Below, piece after piece: positions 40,884 to 53,361 of a DNA stretch of 64,000 nt. The stretch is from Tagaea sp. (GTDB lineage: Bacteria; Pseudomonadota; Alphaproteobacteria; CACIAM-22H2). Location of the stretch: the NCBI GenBank assembly GCA_965279525.1, contig CBDIIB010000004.1:1056001-1120000 (forward strand). The letters run 5' to 3'. How positions within the stretch are numbered: position 1 is the stretch's first letter; each line of letters opens with the position of its first letter. The notes under the pieces are model-generated. The model saw only the letters and a program-made list of their open reading frames with translations, did no database searches and was not told the DNA's origin. The position numbers and the translations under genes were made by a program.

Positions 40884-41351
40884 ATGCCCGGCAAGATCGA
40901 AGCGCGTCTCAAGGAAATCGGTATCGACCTTCCCGTGGCGGCGGCCCCGGCCGGCAACTACGTGCCCTATGTCGTCTCCGGCAAGCTCGTGTTCGTCGCC
41001 GGCCAGATCACGCTCAAGGACGGCAAGCCGCAGTTCCTGGGCAAGCTCGGGCGCGAGTTCGGCATCGAGGACGGCCAGGCGGCGGCCCGGCTGTGCGCGA
41101 TCAACATCGTCTCGCAGCTCAAGGCCGCGTGCGGCGGCGATCTCGACCGGGTCGTGCGGATCGTCCGGCTCGGCGGTTTCGTCAACTGCATCCCCGAATT
41201 CACCGACCAGCCCAAGGTCATCAACGGCGCTTCGGACCTGATCGTCCAGATCTTCGGCGAGGCCGGCAAGCACGCGCGCGCGGCCGTGGGCTCAGCCGGG
41301 CTGCCGCTGGGCGTGGCGGTCGAGATCGACGCGGTCGCCGAGATCGCCTGA
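40884..41351 (+). CDS. RidA/YjgF family protein
   Basis: PAGNYVP, VAGQI, VINGASDL, HARAAVG and LPLGVAVEI. Confidence 0.9.
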   Translation: MPGKIEARLKEIGIDLPVAAAPAGNYVPYVVSGKLVFVAGQITLKDGKPQFLGKLGREFGIEDGQAAARLCAINIVSQLKAACGGDLDRVVRIVRLGGFVNCIPEFTDQPKVINGASDLIVQIFGEAGKHARAAVGSAGLPLGVAVEIDAVAEIA

Positions 41352-41356
41352 CGCGG

Positions 41357-42520
41357 ATGCCCGACGGCGATCCCACGCTGACGCTGGAGACGGTCGACTC
41401 GCTCGCCGGGATCGCGCCTGCGGACTGGGACGCGTGTGCGGGTGCCGACAATCCGTTCGTCAGCCATGCGTTCCTGCTGGCGATCGAGGAATCGGGTTCG
41501 GCCACGGCCGAGACAGGCTGGGGTCCGCAGCATCTGGTCGCACGCGATGCCACGGGCACGCTCGTGGGTGCCGTGCCGATGTATCTGAAGGGCCACTCCT
41601 ATGGCGAGTACGTGTTCGACCATAGCTGGGCTGAAGGCTACCGGCGCGCCGGCGGGCGCTACTACCCCAAGCTCCAGGCGTGCGTGCCTTTCACGCCGGT
41701 GCCGGGCCCGCGCCTGCTCGCTCGGCCCGGCCCGTTCGCCGAGCGCGTGCGCGAGGCGATGGCGACCACGCTGACGGGCCTGCCCAAGCGCCTGGGCGTG
41801 TCGTCGCTGCACCTGACGTTCTGCACAAAGGACGAGGCCGAGCTGATGGAGGACGCGGGCTGCGTCATCCGCCACGGCTTCCAGTTCCACTGGTCGAACC
41901 GCGGCTACGGCGATTTCGATGCGTTCCTTGCCGAGCTCACGCACAACCGGCGCAAATCGATCCGCAAGGAACGGCGCGAGGTCGCCGACCAGAACGTCGA
42001 GCTTGTCCGGCTGACCGGCGGGGACATCAAACGCGAGCACTGGGACGCGTTCTTCGACTTCTACATCTCCACGTCCGACCGCAAATGGGGCAGCCCGTAC
42101 CTCACGCGCGACTTCTTCGACCGGCTGGGCGCCACGATGGCCGACAAGGTGCTGCTGGTGATGGCGCGCAAATCGGGCGACTGGGTCGCGGGTGCCCTCA
42201 ACCTGATCGGCAGCGACACGCTCTATGGCCGCAACTGGGGCTGCAGCGGCGACTTCAAGTTCCTGCATTTCGAGACCTGCTACTATCAGGCCCTCGATTT
42301 CGCCATCGAGCGCAAGATCGCGCGCGTCGAAGCGGGTGCGCAGGGCGAACACAAGCTGCAGCGCGGCTACATGCCCGTTCCGACCTGGAGCGCGCATGCG
42401 ATGCGCGAAACGGGATTCCAGACGGCGGTGCGCGATTTCTGCAAGCACGAGGCGGAGGCGGTCGCTGCCCACATCGTGGCCCTGGGCGCGGAAGGACCGT
42501 TCAAGACCCTTCCGTCTTGA
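41357..42520 (+). CDS. GNAT-fold FemAB-like protein (DUF482)
   Basis: KGHSYGEYVFDHSWA, VPFTPVPG, LHFETCYYQ and EAGAQGEHK. Confidence 0.88.
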   Translation: MPDGDPTLTLETVDSLAGIAPADWDACAGADNPFVSHAFLLAIEESGSATAETGWGPQHLVARDATGTLVGAVPMYLKGHSYGEYVFDHSWAEGYRRAGGRYYPKLQACVPFTPVPGPRLLARPGPFAERVREAMATTLTGLPKRLGVSSLHLTFCTKDEAELMEDAGCVIRHGFQFHWSNRGYGDFDAFLAELTHNRRKSIRKERREVADQNVELVRLTGGDIKREHWDAFFDFYISTSDRKWGSPYLTRDFFDRLGATMADKVLLVMARKSGDWVAGALNLIGSDTLYGRNWGCSGDFKFLHFETCYYQALDFAIERKIARVEAGAQGEHKLQRGYMPVPTWSAHAMRETGFQTAVRDFCKHEAEAVAAHIVALGAEGPFKTLPS

Positions 42521-42941
42521 CCACTTGTGCTGCAGCGGCCGTCGCCTCTTCGGACTGGCGGCGCATGAATTCGCTGCGCATCTCGGCCGCGATCGCCTTT
42601 TCCGTCATCACGCGCAGGTTCTTCACGAACATGCGCAGCAACGCGCGCACGAAGGGGTCCGCCTCGCGGAGCTTTTCCTGGAACTGCTCGACCGAGATCG
42701 CGAGCACCGTCACGTCGGTCGACGCGATCGCGTCGGCCATGCGCGGCGAGCCGTCGATCAGCGCCATCTCGCCGAAGATCTCGCCGGCCGCGAGCGTGGC
42801 GATCACGCGCCGCTGGTCGACGACCGGGCGCACGATCTCGACCGTACCGCTCTGGATCACATAGGCCATGTCGCCGGCGTCTCCCTTGCGGAAGATCGCG
42901 CGGCCGGCCCGGACAAGCTTACGGGGCAGAATCTCAGCCAT
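42501..42941 (-). CDS. Stand-alone cyclic nucleotide-binding domain protein
   Basis: IFRKGDAGDMAYVIQSGTV and GEIFGEMALIDGSPRMA. Confidence 0.88.
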   Translation of the reverse strand: MAEILPRKLVRAGRAIFRKGDAGDMAYVIQSGTVEIVRPVVDQRRVIATLAAGEIFGEMALIDGSPRMADAIASTDVTVLAISVEQFQEKLREADPFVRALLRMFVKNLRVMTEKAIAAEMRSEFMRRQSEEATAAAAQVVKTEGS

Positions 42942-42949
42942 ACACAAAT

Positions 42950-44026
42950 CTAACACAGACCCCACAGCGCACGAACTGATGCCGCAGTGCAAAACGCAGG
43001 TGCCGGACGCGCCTTCGGAGCGGCATCGTCGATCCGCGCCGGAAAGCGTCCGAGCAGGTCGCGTGCGGCAAGCTGCGGATGGCCCGGCATCTCGTCCGGT
43101 GCAAGCACGACGGCAAAGCAGCAATCGACCGGGCCCAACAGGGTTTCCCAATCGGCCCGGCTGCGGCCAGCGAACAGTGCCGCGACCTCGCCGGTCAGGG
43201 ATGTCTGGGGCAGCTTTTCATCCTGGCGCGCGATCCAGTCGGGCCGCCCGACGGCGTCGCAGAAATTCGCCCAGAATTTGGGCTCGATGGCGCCCAGCGT
43301 GACATGCCCGTCGGTGCAGGCATAGACGCGATAGAACGCCGCCCCGCCATTGAGCAGGCCCGCCTCGCGATCCTGGGTGAAGCCGGGCCGGCCGTGCTGC
43401 GCCAGCAGCGGCCCCTGCCAGCCCGCCACGGTGTCGGCAAGGCTCGCATCCACATAGGCACCCTTGCCGCTCGTCGCACGCCCCAGCAGGGCCGCACAGG
43501 CCGCCAGTGCGGCGAACTGCGCGCTGGCATAGTCGGCGGTCGGCGGATGGGCGATCTGCGGTGCAGTGCTTGTGCCCGAGGCCCACAGCCCGCCACCCGT
43601 CGCCATGTAGTTGAGGTCGTGGCCGGTGCGCAGGCGCCATGGTCCCGTCTGGCCGTAGCCCGACAGCGCGACGTGCACGAGGCGCGGATTGAGCGCCGCG
43701 AGCGCCGCGCGCCCGAAACCGAGACGTTCGAGCGTGCCGGGGCGATAGGATTCGATCAGCACGTCGGCTTTCGCCAGAAGCGCTTCGAGCAGGGCCTTGC
43801 CGTCGGCCGTTTTCAGGTCGAGTTCGAGCACCGATTTGCCGGCGTTGAAGCCCTTCCACAGCGGCGAGATGCCGTCGGGATCGTGCGGACCGAGCCCGCG
43901 CATCGGATCGCCGCCGGGCGGCTCGATCTTGAGGACATGCGCACCCAGATCAGCCAGCAGCTGGGCCGCATAGGGACCTGGGATGTACTGCGAAAGATCG
44001 AGAACGCGCGTCCCGTCGAGGAACAT
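42950..44026 (-). CDS. Family III CoA-transferase (CaiB/BaiF)
   Basis: VLDLSQYIPGP, LADLGA, ESYRPG, SGYGQTGP and GHDLNY. Confidence 0.9.
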   Translation of the reverse strand: MFLDGTRVLDLSQYIPGPYAAQLLADLGAHVLKIEPPGGDPMRGLGPHDPDGISPLWKGFNAGKSVLELDLKTADGKALLEALLAKADVLIESYRPGTLERLGFGRAALAALNPRLVHVALSGYGQTGPWRLRTGHDLNYMATGGGLWASGTSTAPQIAHPPTADYASAQFAALAACAALLGRATSGKGAYVDASLADTVAGWQGPLLAQHGRPGFTQDREAGLLNGGAAFYRVYACTDGHVTLGAIEPKFWANFCDAVGRPDWIARQDEKLPQTSLTGEVAALFAGRSRADWETLLGPVDCCFAVVLAPDEMPGHPQLAARDLLGRFPARIDDAAPKARPAPAFCTAASVRALWGLC

Positions 44027-44048
44027 GCCGACGGGACGCGCGCGCTTC

Positions 44049-46403
<2,355 letters not shown>

Positions 46404-46615
46404 GCGCTGTTCAACTCCCCTCTTCCCGGGACGGCCAGCGGGGCCGGTCGTCCGAGGCGGTGCAAGCAGTGGGCCGCGACCTGTCGGGATAGAGCTTACG
46501 GGCCAATCGGCGCGATGCCAACTCCACGACCGTCCTATTTACGCACTCGGTCCTTAACAAGTTAGGTGCATCCGTCGCGAAATACGAGAGATGCGCCGGA
46601 GTCGCCACCGGCCGC

Positions 46616-46963
46616 TCACTCTTTTTCGAGCGTGCAGCGCAGCGGATGCTGGCTGCGCCTTGCGAATTCGGTGACCTGGTTGACCTTGGTTTCCGCGACC
46701 TCGTAGGTGAATACGCCGCACACGCCCACGCCGCGGCGGTGCACCTGCAGCATGATGTCGGTCGCTTCCTGGCGGGTCTTGGAGAAGTACTTCTCGAGGA
46801 CGTGGACGACGAACTCCATCGGCGTGTAGTCGTCGTTCAGCATCAGCACCTTGTACATGGCCGGCCGCTTCGTGCGCGTGCGCGTCTGCAGCGCCACGCC
46901 CGAGCCGTTGCCGTCATCCCCGGTCCGGCCGGGGCTACGGCCGTTGTCTTTTTCGTCGCTCAT
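46616..46963 (-). CDS. clpS: Clp protease adaptor ClpS
   Basis: [17 protein letters not shown] and HPLRCTLE. Confidence 0.95.
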   Translation of the reverse strand: MSDEKDNGRSPGRTGDDGNGSGVALQTRTRTKRPAMYKVLMLNDDYTPMEFVVHVLEKYFSKTRQEATDIMLQVHRRGVGVCGVFTYEVAETKVNQVTEFARRSQHPLRCTLEKE

Positions 46964-47111
46964 GGAGATCGGTCGAAACACGCTGGCTTCCGGTCGAATG
47001 ACAAAATCGTTCACGACCAATGATATGGCATTCGCCGCGGCCGAATAAAGGGGTGCCGTCGAAGGCCATCGAACACCTTGTTCGCAAACGCAAAATGGCG
47101 CCTGAAAACGG

Positions 47112-47145
47112 AAAAGCCCGGCCCCCTTGCGGGAGCCGGGCTCTT
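47112..47145 (-). terminator. Rho-independent terminator after the phasin gene
   Basis: Minus strand AGCCCGGCTCCC-GCAA-GGGGGCCGGGCT followed by TTT. Confidence 0.75.
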
Positions 47146-47189
47146 GCCGATTCGATTCGACTTCCGCCCGAAGGCGGAGGTGCGAAAGC

Positions 47190-47840
47190 TCAGGCCGCGT
47201 TGGCGGGCTTCAGCAGCTTCTCGACGGCCACGTTGACGCGGGCGTTGATCGGCTCGAGTGCCTCGTTGGCGACCTTGATCGACATCTCCGAAAGCTTCGT
47301 GCCTTCGGCGACGAACTTGTCGAACGTGGTCTTCGCGAAGTCGGTCTGCAGGTCGACCGCTTCCTTCAGCGTCTTGGCGCCGAGGAGCTGCTTGGCGACG
47401 GCGGCCGAAGCCTCGACCGTCTCCTGGGTCAGCGCGTACCAGGCCTTGCCGAAGGTCTCGAAGCCCTTGGCGTAGACCGTCGACGCGGCGACGGCCGCTT
47501 CCATGTTCTCCTTCGAGAACTTGGTCATGTCCTCGAGCGCCTTCGTGCTCTGGACCTGGGCCTTCTCGACCTGCTCCTTGGCGGGGCCGAAGAACTGCTC
47601 GAAGCCCTTGAACTGCTCGAAGCCCTTGGGGCTGAAGATCTGGGCGAACTGCTGGAACTGCTCGTTCATGGTGGATCCTTTCACGATCGGGAGGGCGATC
47701 GCGGGGATCGCCGTCTTGGTTGGGGTCATGTTGGTCGGTACCGGTTTCGGGGCGGCAGTCTTGGGCGGGGCGACGGCAGCCGGCACGGCCTTGATGGCCG
47801 TCGGCTTGGTCCCCTTAGCCTTGTCTTTGGCTTTACCCAT
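47190..47840 (-). CDS. phaP: Phasin (PHA granule protein) with Lys/Ala/Pro-rich N-terminal extension
   Basis: [27 protein letters not shown] and EPINARV. Alternative start at 47669. Confidence 0.85.
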   Translation of the reverse strand: MGKAKDKAKGTKPTAIKAVPAAVAPPKTAAPKPVPTNMTPTKTAIPAIALPIVKGSTMNEQFQQFAQIFSPKGFEQFKGFEQFFGPAKEQVEKAQVQSTKALEDMTKFSKENMEAAVAASTVYAKGFETFGKAWYALTQETVEASAAVAKQLLGAKTLKEAVDLQTDFAKTTFDKFVAEGTKLSEMSIKVANEALEPINARVNVAVEKLLKPANAA

Positions 47841-47865
47841 TCTGGCACCCGTCTCCGGAAGTGAA

Positions 47866-47938
47866 ATGCTGCAACGCAACATGATCACAATATGGGCTGC
47901 CGGCCCTCTGGGTCAAGGGGTTTTTGTGCGCCGCAACA
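47866..47938 (-). promoter_or_regulatory. Phasin promoter flanked by PhaR-like boxes
   Basis: TTGACC-N16-CATATT on the minus strand (47916-47889), between ATGCTGCAACGCAACAT (47866) and TTGTGCGCCGCAACA (47924). Confidence 0.65.
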
Positions 47939-47987
47939 TAGCAACTGCAATATTTAATTCAAAGGGCTGAAAACAAACGATGAATAA

Positions 47988-48674
47988 TTAGAATGGACGC
48001 CACTGTTGGCGCAAACCGTCGGGGGCGAGCTGGACATCGAAGTTCATGTCGGAAGCACCGTTGCGCATCCGGGTCAGGTGGTCGCCATAGGTATTCGAAC
48101 TGACCGGATTGACGGGGATCTCCGTGCGATCCTGGGCATAGAGCAGGGCCGGGAAACGAAGTGCGGCAAAACCGGGCGAGCCGTTGCGCCAGCCGTTGAT
48201 GTGGAACTTGCCGTCGGCACAGGCCGCGACGATCCAGTAATGGTCCCACGACGGGAAATTCTGTCCGCTCGCCGTCGGCCCGCCGAAGCCGTCTTCTTCA
48301 AGCTGGCGTGCGATCGCGCGATAGGCGGCCACATCGAGCGTGGTCGTCGCCTCGCGCTTCGGGCTGAACGCGTTGGCGGCATCGCCGCGATAATCGATGA
48401 GCGCGAAGCCGGAATGCGGAACGCGGACCTGCAGCGTGGCACCCGTTTCGGTGCGCACGAGGTCGTAGCTGCGGACCTGCAGGTCGAGCACGGCGTTGTA
48501 GACGAAGCGGTAGCGCGCCGGCGATCCGGGCTTGCAGGAATCGCGGATGTCTTCGCCGCCGAGAAAAGGGAACCAGGAGAAGCGGCCGGTGACCGGCTGG
48601 TCGACCCGGCTTGCGTCGCTGCACGCCGAAACAAGCAGGCTCGCGGCCAAAGTGACGATCGAAATCACACGCAT
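47988..48674 (-). CDS. Hypothetical lipoprotein
   Basis: Hydrophobic signal with lipobox VSAC; 228-aa ORF. Confidence 0.75.
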   Translation of the reverse strand: MRVISIVTLAASLLVSACSDASRVDQPVTGRFSWFPFLGGEDIRDSCKPGSPARYRFVYNAVLDLQVRSYDLVRTETGATLQVRVPHSGFALIDYRGDAANAFSPKREATTTLDVAAYRAIARQLEEDGFGGPTASGQNFPSWDHYWIVAACADGKFHINGWRNGSPGFAALRFPALLYAQDRTEIPVNPVSSNTYGDHLTRMRNGASDMNFDVQLAPDGLRQQWRPF

Positions 48675-48805
48675 CCGGCATTCCTCGATTCGAGTCGAAC
48701 TGGCCTATCTAATATCATGGAATAGCGGTTTTTTATGGACACCGGAATCCTCAGTCGTTTACTCTCGATTCGCTGAAACAATTTGTAACAGGGGGTCTTC
48801 CTGAC

Positions 48806-50140
48806 GTGACAGCTTCTCGACCGGACGACAGCCCCGCCCGCCAGCCGAAAACCTTCCGCCGCTCCCTCGTGCGTCTGGCGCTTGCCGGTCTGCTGACTGT
48901 CGCCGCATCCTTCTTCGCGCCGGCCGAGGCGCGCTATGCCTCGATCGTCGTCGATTTCGAAACCGGCCGGATCCTGCACGAGCAGGGGGCCGACGAGCGC
49001 CGCCACCCGGCATCGCTGACGAAGATGATGACCCTCTATCTGATCTTCGAAGCCCTCGACCAGAAGCAGATCTCGCTCGACACGCGCTGGAACGTCAGCG
49101 CCTTCGCCGCCGGCCAGTCGCCGACCAAGCTCGGCCTCGAGGAAGGCGACCGCATCCGCGTGCGCGACGTGATCCTGGGGCTCGTCACGCGTTCGGCCAA
49201 CGATGCCGCGGTCGTCGCCGCCGAAGGGCTTGCCGGCACCGAAGCGCGTTTCGCCGAACTGATGACCCGCCGCGCCCGCCAGATTGGCATGCCGTCGACC
49301 GTCTTCATGAATGCCCACGGCCTTCCCAACGACGCCCAGGTCACGACCGTGCGCGACATGGCCACGCTGGGGCGCGAACTCATCAAGCGCTTCCCGCACC
49401 ACTACCATTATTTCTCGACCGCCGAGTTCGTCTACGAGGGCCGCACCTTCGCCAACCACAACCGGCTGATGCGCTGGTTCGAGGGTGCGGACGGGATCAA
49501 GACCGGCTTCATCCGCGCGTCGGGCTTCAATCTCGTCGCGTCGGCCGTGCGCGACGGCCGGCGGATCGTCGGCGCCGTGATCGGCGGCCCCAATCCCACC
49601 GAGCGCGACCAGTACATGGGCAAGCTTCTCGACGCGGGCTTCAACCGCACGGGCGAAATGCCCGCCGTCCGCCAGGCACGGGCCACCGCGACCCAGACCG
49701 CGAGCGCGCCGCGCCAGGTCGCCTCGACGGCCGGCACCGCCAAAGCGGCCCCGGCGAAGGCCGCCGCCAAGCCGGCCAAGGCCGAGCCCAAGGCGAAAGC
49801 CGCACCCAAGCGCGAGACCGGCGGGCAGGCGATCCACCGGACCGAGGCGACCGAATGGTCGATCCAGGTCGGCGCCTTCAACCAGCGTGCCCTCGCCCGC
49901 AAGGCGGCGGAAGAAGCCGTCCGCGTGGCGGCCAAGCACGTCGCCGACGCCGAGATCCAGATCATCGGCCCTGCGTCGACCGCGCGCAGTGCCGCTTCCC
50001 ACCGCGCCCGCCTGACCGGCCTTACCCAGACCCAGGCGCGCGCGGCCTGCCGCGTGCTCGACCAGCGCGACATGGATTGCATGATCGTCGGACCGGTCAC
50101 GGAAAAGCGGACCTCCGGCAGCCTCGCCAGCGCGGGCTGA
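48806..50140 (+). CDS. D-alanyl-D-alanine carboxypeptidase (S11) with C-terminal SPOR-like domain
   Basis: PASLTK, SAN and IKTG; C-terminal WSIQVGAF...CRVL...C. Confidence 0.9.
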   Translation: MTASRPDDSPARQPKTFRRSLVRLALAGLLTVAASFFAPAEARYASIVVDFETGRILHEQGADERRHPASLTKMMTLYLIFEALDQKQISLDTRWNVSAFAAGQSPTKLGLEEGDRIRVRDVILGLVTRSANDAAVVAAEGLAGTEARFAELMTRRARQIGMPSTVFMNAHGLPNDAQVTTVRDMATLGRELIKRFPHHYHYFSTAEFVYEGRTFANHNRLMRWFEGADGIKTGFIRASGFNLVASAVRDGRRIVGAVIGGPNPTERDQYMGKLLDAGFNRTGEMPAVRQARATATQTASAPRQVASTAGTAKAAPAKAAAKPAKAEPKAKAAPKRETGGQAIHRTEATEWSIQVGAFNQRALARKAAEEAVRVAAKHVADAEIQIIGPASTARSAASHRARLTGLTQTQARAACRVLDQRDMDCMIVGPVTEKRTSGSLASAG

Positions 50141-50279
50141 TCCGGAAATCGGAACGCCGCCACCCTCCCCGCGCGCGCGGGCAAAAGGAGCTGGCCACAC
50201 AACAAATGTAAGCTAGGATCGTCGACGGGAAGAACGTCGAACGAGAAATTCGTCACGTCCCGCGAAAAGGGAGGCCGAA

Positions 50280-50738
50280 TTGGAACCGCCATTGCCGGCA
50301 CCCCGCTTTGCCGGCCCGCTGCCCGTCGCGCGCGCGCAGTCTCTGCTGTCCCTTGCGAAATTCTCGGATGCCGCCTTCACCCGCGACGGGCCGCGCGCCG
50401 ACGTCGAGTATCGCGATCTCGGACTCGCCGCCGCCAGCGGCGGCCGGATCGGCGCCAAGCACATCCGCGCGATCCGGCCCTTCGAGAAGGAAACCGGCTG
50501 GCACTGGCACGACATGACCGGCCATTTCGTGTTCGTGATCCGCGGCTGGATTAAGTTCCGTTTCGCCGGCAACGACGGCCTCGTGACCGCAAGCGTGGGC
50601 GACTGCCTATCCCAGCCCGGCGGCGTGGCGCACAACGTCATCGACCGGTCGGACGATCTCGAACTGATCGAGATCAACATGCCCGCCGAGTTCGGCACGC
50701 GCGATCTCGACCGCGAGCCGAAGGAAACGGCCACATGA
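50280..50738 (+). CDS. Cupin domain protein
   Basis: TTG start after GGAGG; TGWHWH and GDCLSQPGGVAHN. Confidence 0.8.
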   Translation: MEPPLPAPRFAGPLPVARAQSLLSLAKFSDAAFTRDGPRADVEYRDLGLAAASGGRIGAKHIRAIRPFEKETGWHWHDMTGHFVFVIRGWIKFRFAGNDGLVTASVGDCLSQPGGVAHNVIDRSDDLELIEINMPAEFGTRDLDREPKETAT

Positions 50739-51520
50739 AAATCCCGGTCTGGCTGCGCCGGCGGGCCGGCGCCCTCGCGATGTTCGTGCTGCTGTTCGCC
50801 GTGTGGGAAATCGGCGTGCGCATCCTCGAGATCAAATCCTACCTGCTGCCGGCACCGACCAAGATCTGGGCGGACTTCGCCAAGCGCGCCGACATCGTGG
50901 GTTCCGCCACCATCGTCACGGCCTCCGAGATGCTCGGCGGCTATCTCCTCGCGGTCGCGGTCAGCATCCCCTTCGCACTCGCCGTCGCCTATTCGCGCTT
51001 CCTGGAAACGTCGGTCTATCCCGTCGTCGTCTTCCTGCAGATCATCCCGAAGATCGCGATCGCCCCGCTGTTCATCATCTGGTTCGGCTTCGGCTACTTC
51101 CCCAAGCTGCTGATCGTCTTCCTGCTCTCGTTCTTCCCGATCGTCGTGTCCAGCATCGCGGGCTTCAAGTCGGTCGATCCCGAGATCATGGATTTCGCGC
51201 GCACGACCGGTGCCGGCGGCTGGAAGATGTTCGTGCGCATCCGCCTGCCGCAGGCACTGCCCGAGATCTTCACGGGCCTCAAGGTGGGTGCCGCCCTTTC
51301 GGCGACGGCCGCCCTCGTCGCCGAGTTCGTCGCGTCCGACCGCGGCCTCGGCTACCTGCTGCTGCAGTACAACGGCAATCTCGAGACGCCGATGGTGTTC
51401 GCCATCATCGTCGTGCTCAGCGCCATCGGCCTGGCGCTCTACTACACGGTCGAACTCATCGAGAAACTGACGATCCCCTGGCACGTGTCGCAGAACGCCG
51501 CCGGGCCGACACCGAACTGA
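50735..51520 (+). CDS. ABC transporter permease (NitT/TauT family)
   Basis: LLPAP, PKIAIAPL, EAA-like loop and AEFVASDRGLG. Confidence 0.9.
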   Translation: MKIPVWLRRRAGALAMFVLLFAVWEIGVRILEIKSYLLPAPTKIWADFAKRADIVGSATIVTASEMLGGYLLAVAVSIPFALAVAYSRFLETSVYPVVVFLQIIPKIAIAPLFIIWFGFGYFPKLLIVFLLSFFPIVVSSIAGFKSVDPEIMDFARTTGAGGWKMFVRIRLPQALPEIFTGLKVGAALSATAALVAEFVASDRGLGYLLLQYNGNLETPMVFAIIVVLSAIGLALYYTVELIEKLTIPWHVSQNAAGPTPN

Positions 51521-51550
51521 AAATCCAAAAAAAGACGACAGGAGGAAACC

Positions 51551-52522
51551 ATGAAACTTCGAAACCTGATCCTGGGCCTTGCCGCCGCATTCGCGGTCGT
51601 GGCGGGTCCGGCCGGCGCACAGGAGGCCGTGTCGCTGCGCCTCAACTGGTATCTGGGCGGGCTGCACGTCCCCTACTACTACGGCGTCGAGCGCGGCTTC
51701 TTCAAGGCCGAGGGCATCGACCTCACGATCAACGAGGGCCGCGGCTCGGCCAACACGGTGCAGGTCGTGGGTGCCGGCTCCGACACGTTCGGCATGGCGG
51801 ACTCTTCCAGCGTCGTCTCGGCGATCGCCAAGGGCGTCGAGATCAAGTCGGTCAAGTCGCTGCTGAACTCGACCGGCTTCGCGGTCGTCTCGCTCGCCTC
51901 GACCGGCATCAAGACCCCCAAGGATCTCGAAGGCAAGTCGCTCGCCGTCTCGCCGGGCGATCCGCTGGGCCAGCTCTTCCGCGCACTCGCCGCGCACAAC
52001 AACCTCGACATGAACAAGATCCGCTTCGTGCAGGTCGATCCGGCGGCGAAGGTCGTGACGGTGCTTGAAAAGCGCGCCGACGCGCTTCTCGGCGGTGCCG
52101 ACGACCAGTTCTTCCTGATCAAGTACCGCGGGCAGGAACCGGCGGCCCTGCGCTATGCCGACCACGGCGCCAACATCGTCGGCATGACGATCCTTGCCAG
52201 CAACGCCACGATCAAGGCCAAGCCCGACATGGTCCGCCGCTTCCTGCGCGCGTCGGTCAAGTCGTGGGAGGAGGCGCGCAAGAACCCGGATGCCGCCGTC
52301 GACGCCGCGATGAAGGTGAAGCCCGACCTCAACCGCCAGTCGACCAAGGACCAGATGATGGTCGATTTCGAACTGCTCGACTCGCCCAACAGCAAGGGCC
52401 GCATCGGCCGGGGCGCCGAGGCCGACTGGAACCAGACGATCGACTTCCTGAAGAAGTACCGCGAACTCGAGACCAAGGACACCTGGGCCGCGTTCCACAC
52501 GAACGAGTTCCTGCCGCAGTGA
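51551..52522 (+). CDS. ABC transporter substrate-binding protein (NMT1/THI5-like)
   Basis: Signal peptide, LRLNW, GFFKAEGID, GRGS and KDLEGK. Confidence 0.88.
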   Translation: MKLRNLILGLAAAFAVVAGPAGAQEAVSLRLNWYLGGLHVPYYYGVERGFFKAEGIDLTINEGRGSANTVQVVGAGSDTFGMADSSSVVSAIAKGVEIKSVKSLLNSTGFAVVSLASTGIKTPKDLEGKSLAVSPGDPLGQLFRALAAHNNLDMNKIRFVQVDPAAKVVTVLEKRADALLGGADDQFFLIKYRGQEPAALRYADHGANIVGMTILASNATIKAKPDMVRRFLRASVKSWEEARKNPDAAVDAAMKVKPDLNRQSTKDQMMVDFELLDSPNSKGRIGRGAEADWNQTIDFLKKYRELETKDTWAAFHTNEFLPQ

Positions 52523-52540
52523 TCGACGGCGGTACTCAAG

Positions 52541-53348
52541 ATGACCGTCACCGCCCCGGCAAGCGCCGGGGCGGCTGACGCGCATATCGAGATCGAAGGC
52601 CTGCGTCATGTGTTCCGGCGCGAGGAGAAGACCACGCATGCCATCGAGCGCGTGGACCTGAAAATTCCACGCGGCGAGTTCGTCGCGATCGTGGGCGCTT
52701 CCGGCTGCGGCAAGAGCACGCTCTTGAAGATCGTCGCCGGCCTGCTTTCGCACAGCGAAGGCTCGGTCAAGTTCGAAGGGCGCGAGGTGCGCGGCGCCCA
52801 GACCAATCTCGGCATCGTGTTCCAGAGCCCGGTGCTGCTCGAATGGCGCAACGTCATCGACAACGTGCTGATCCAGCTCGAGCTGCGCGACATCGACCCG
52901 AAACCCTTCCGCGCCCGCGCCGAGCAGCTGCTGCGCGACGTCGGGCCTCGGCGACTTCTTCGACCGGCTGCCGCGCGAGCTTTCCGGCGGCATGCGCCAG
53001 CGCGCGGCCATCGTGCGCGCCCTCATCCACGATCCGCCGCTGGTGATGATGGACGAGCCGTTCGGCGCGCTCGACGCGCTGACGCGCGAGCAGATGCGCA
53101 TCGACCTCGAGAAGCTGTGGCTCGCGCGCCGCCAGACGATGGTGTTCGTCACGCATTCCATCGGCGAGGCGGTGGCACTCGCCGACCGCGTCGTCGTCAT
53201 GACGCCGCGCCCGGGCAAGATCGACCGCATCGTGCCCATCGACCTGCCGCGCCCGCGCGACAAGGACACCATCGCGAGCAAGCGATTTTCCGAATATGTC
53301 GAGGAGATCACCGAGCGGTTCATGCGCCACGGCGTGATCCGCTACTGA
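52541..53348 (+). CDS. ABC transporter ATP-binding protein; frameshift near 52945
   Basis: GASGCGKST, LSGGMRQR, MDEPFGALD and FVTH, split by one extra G. Confidence 0.9.
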
Positions 53349-53361
53349 AGGAGTGTTTCCG

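Noticed and set aside
50141-50279. TPP riboswitch ahead of the NMT1/THI5-type transporter operon
   Set aside because: The conserved TPP aptamer segments (GCTGAGA, ACCTGA) are absent.
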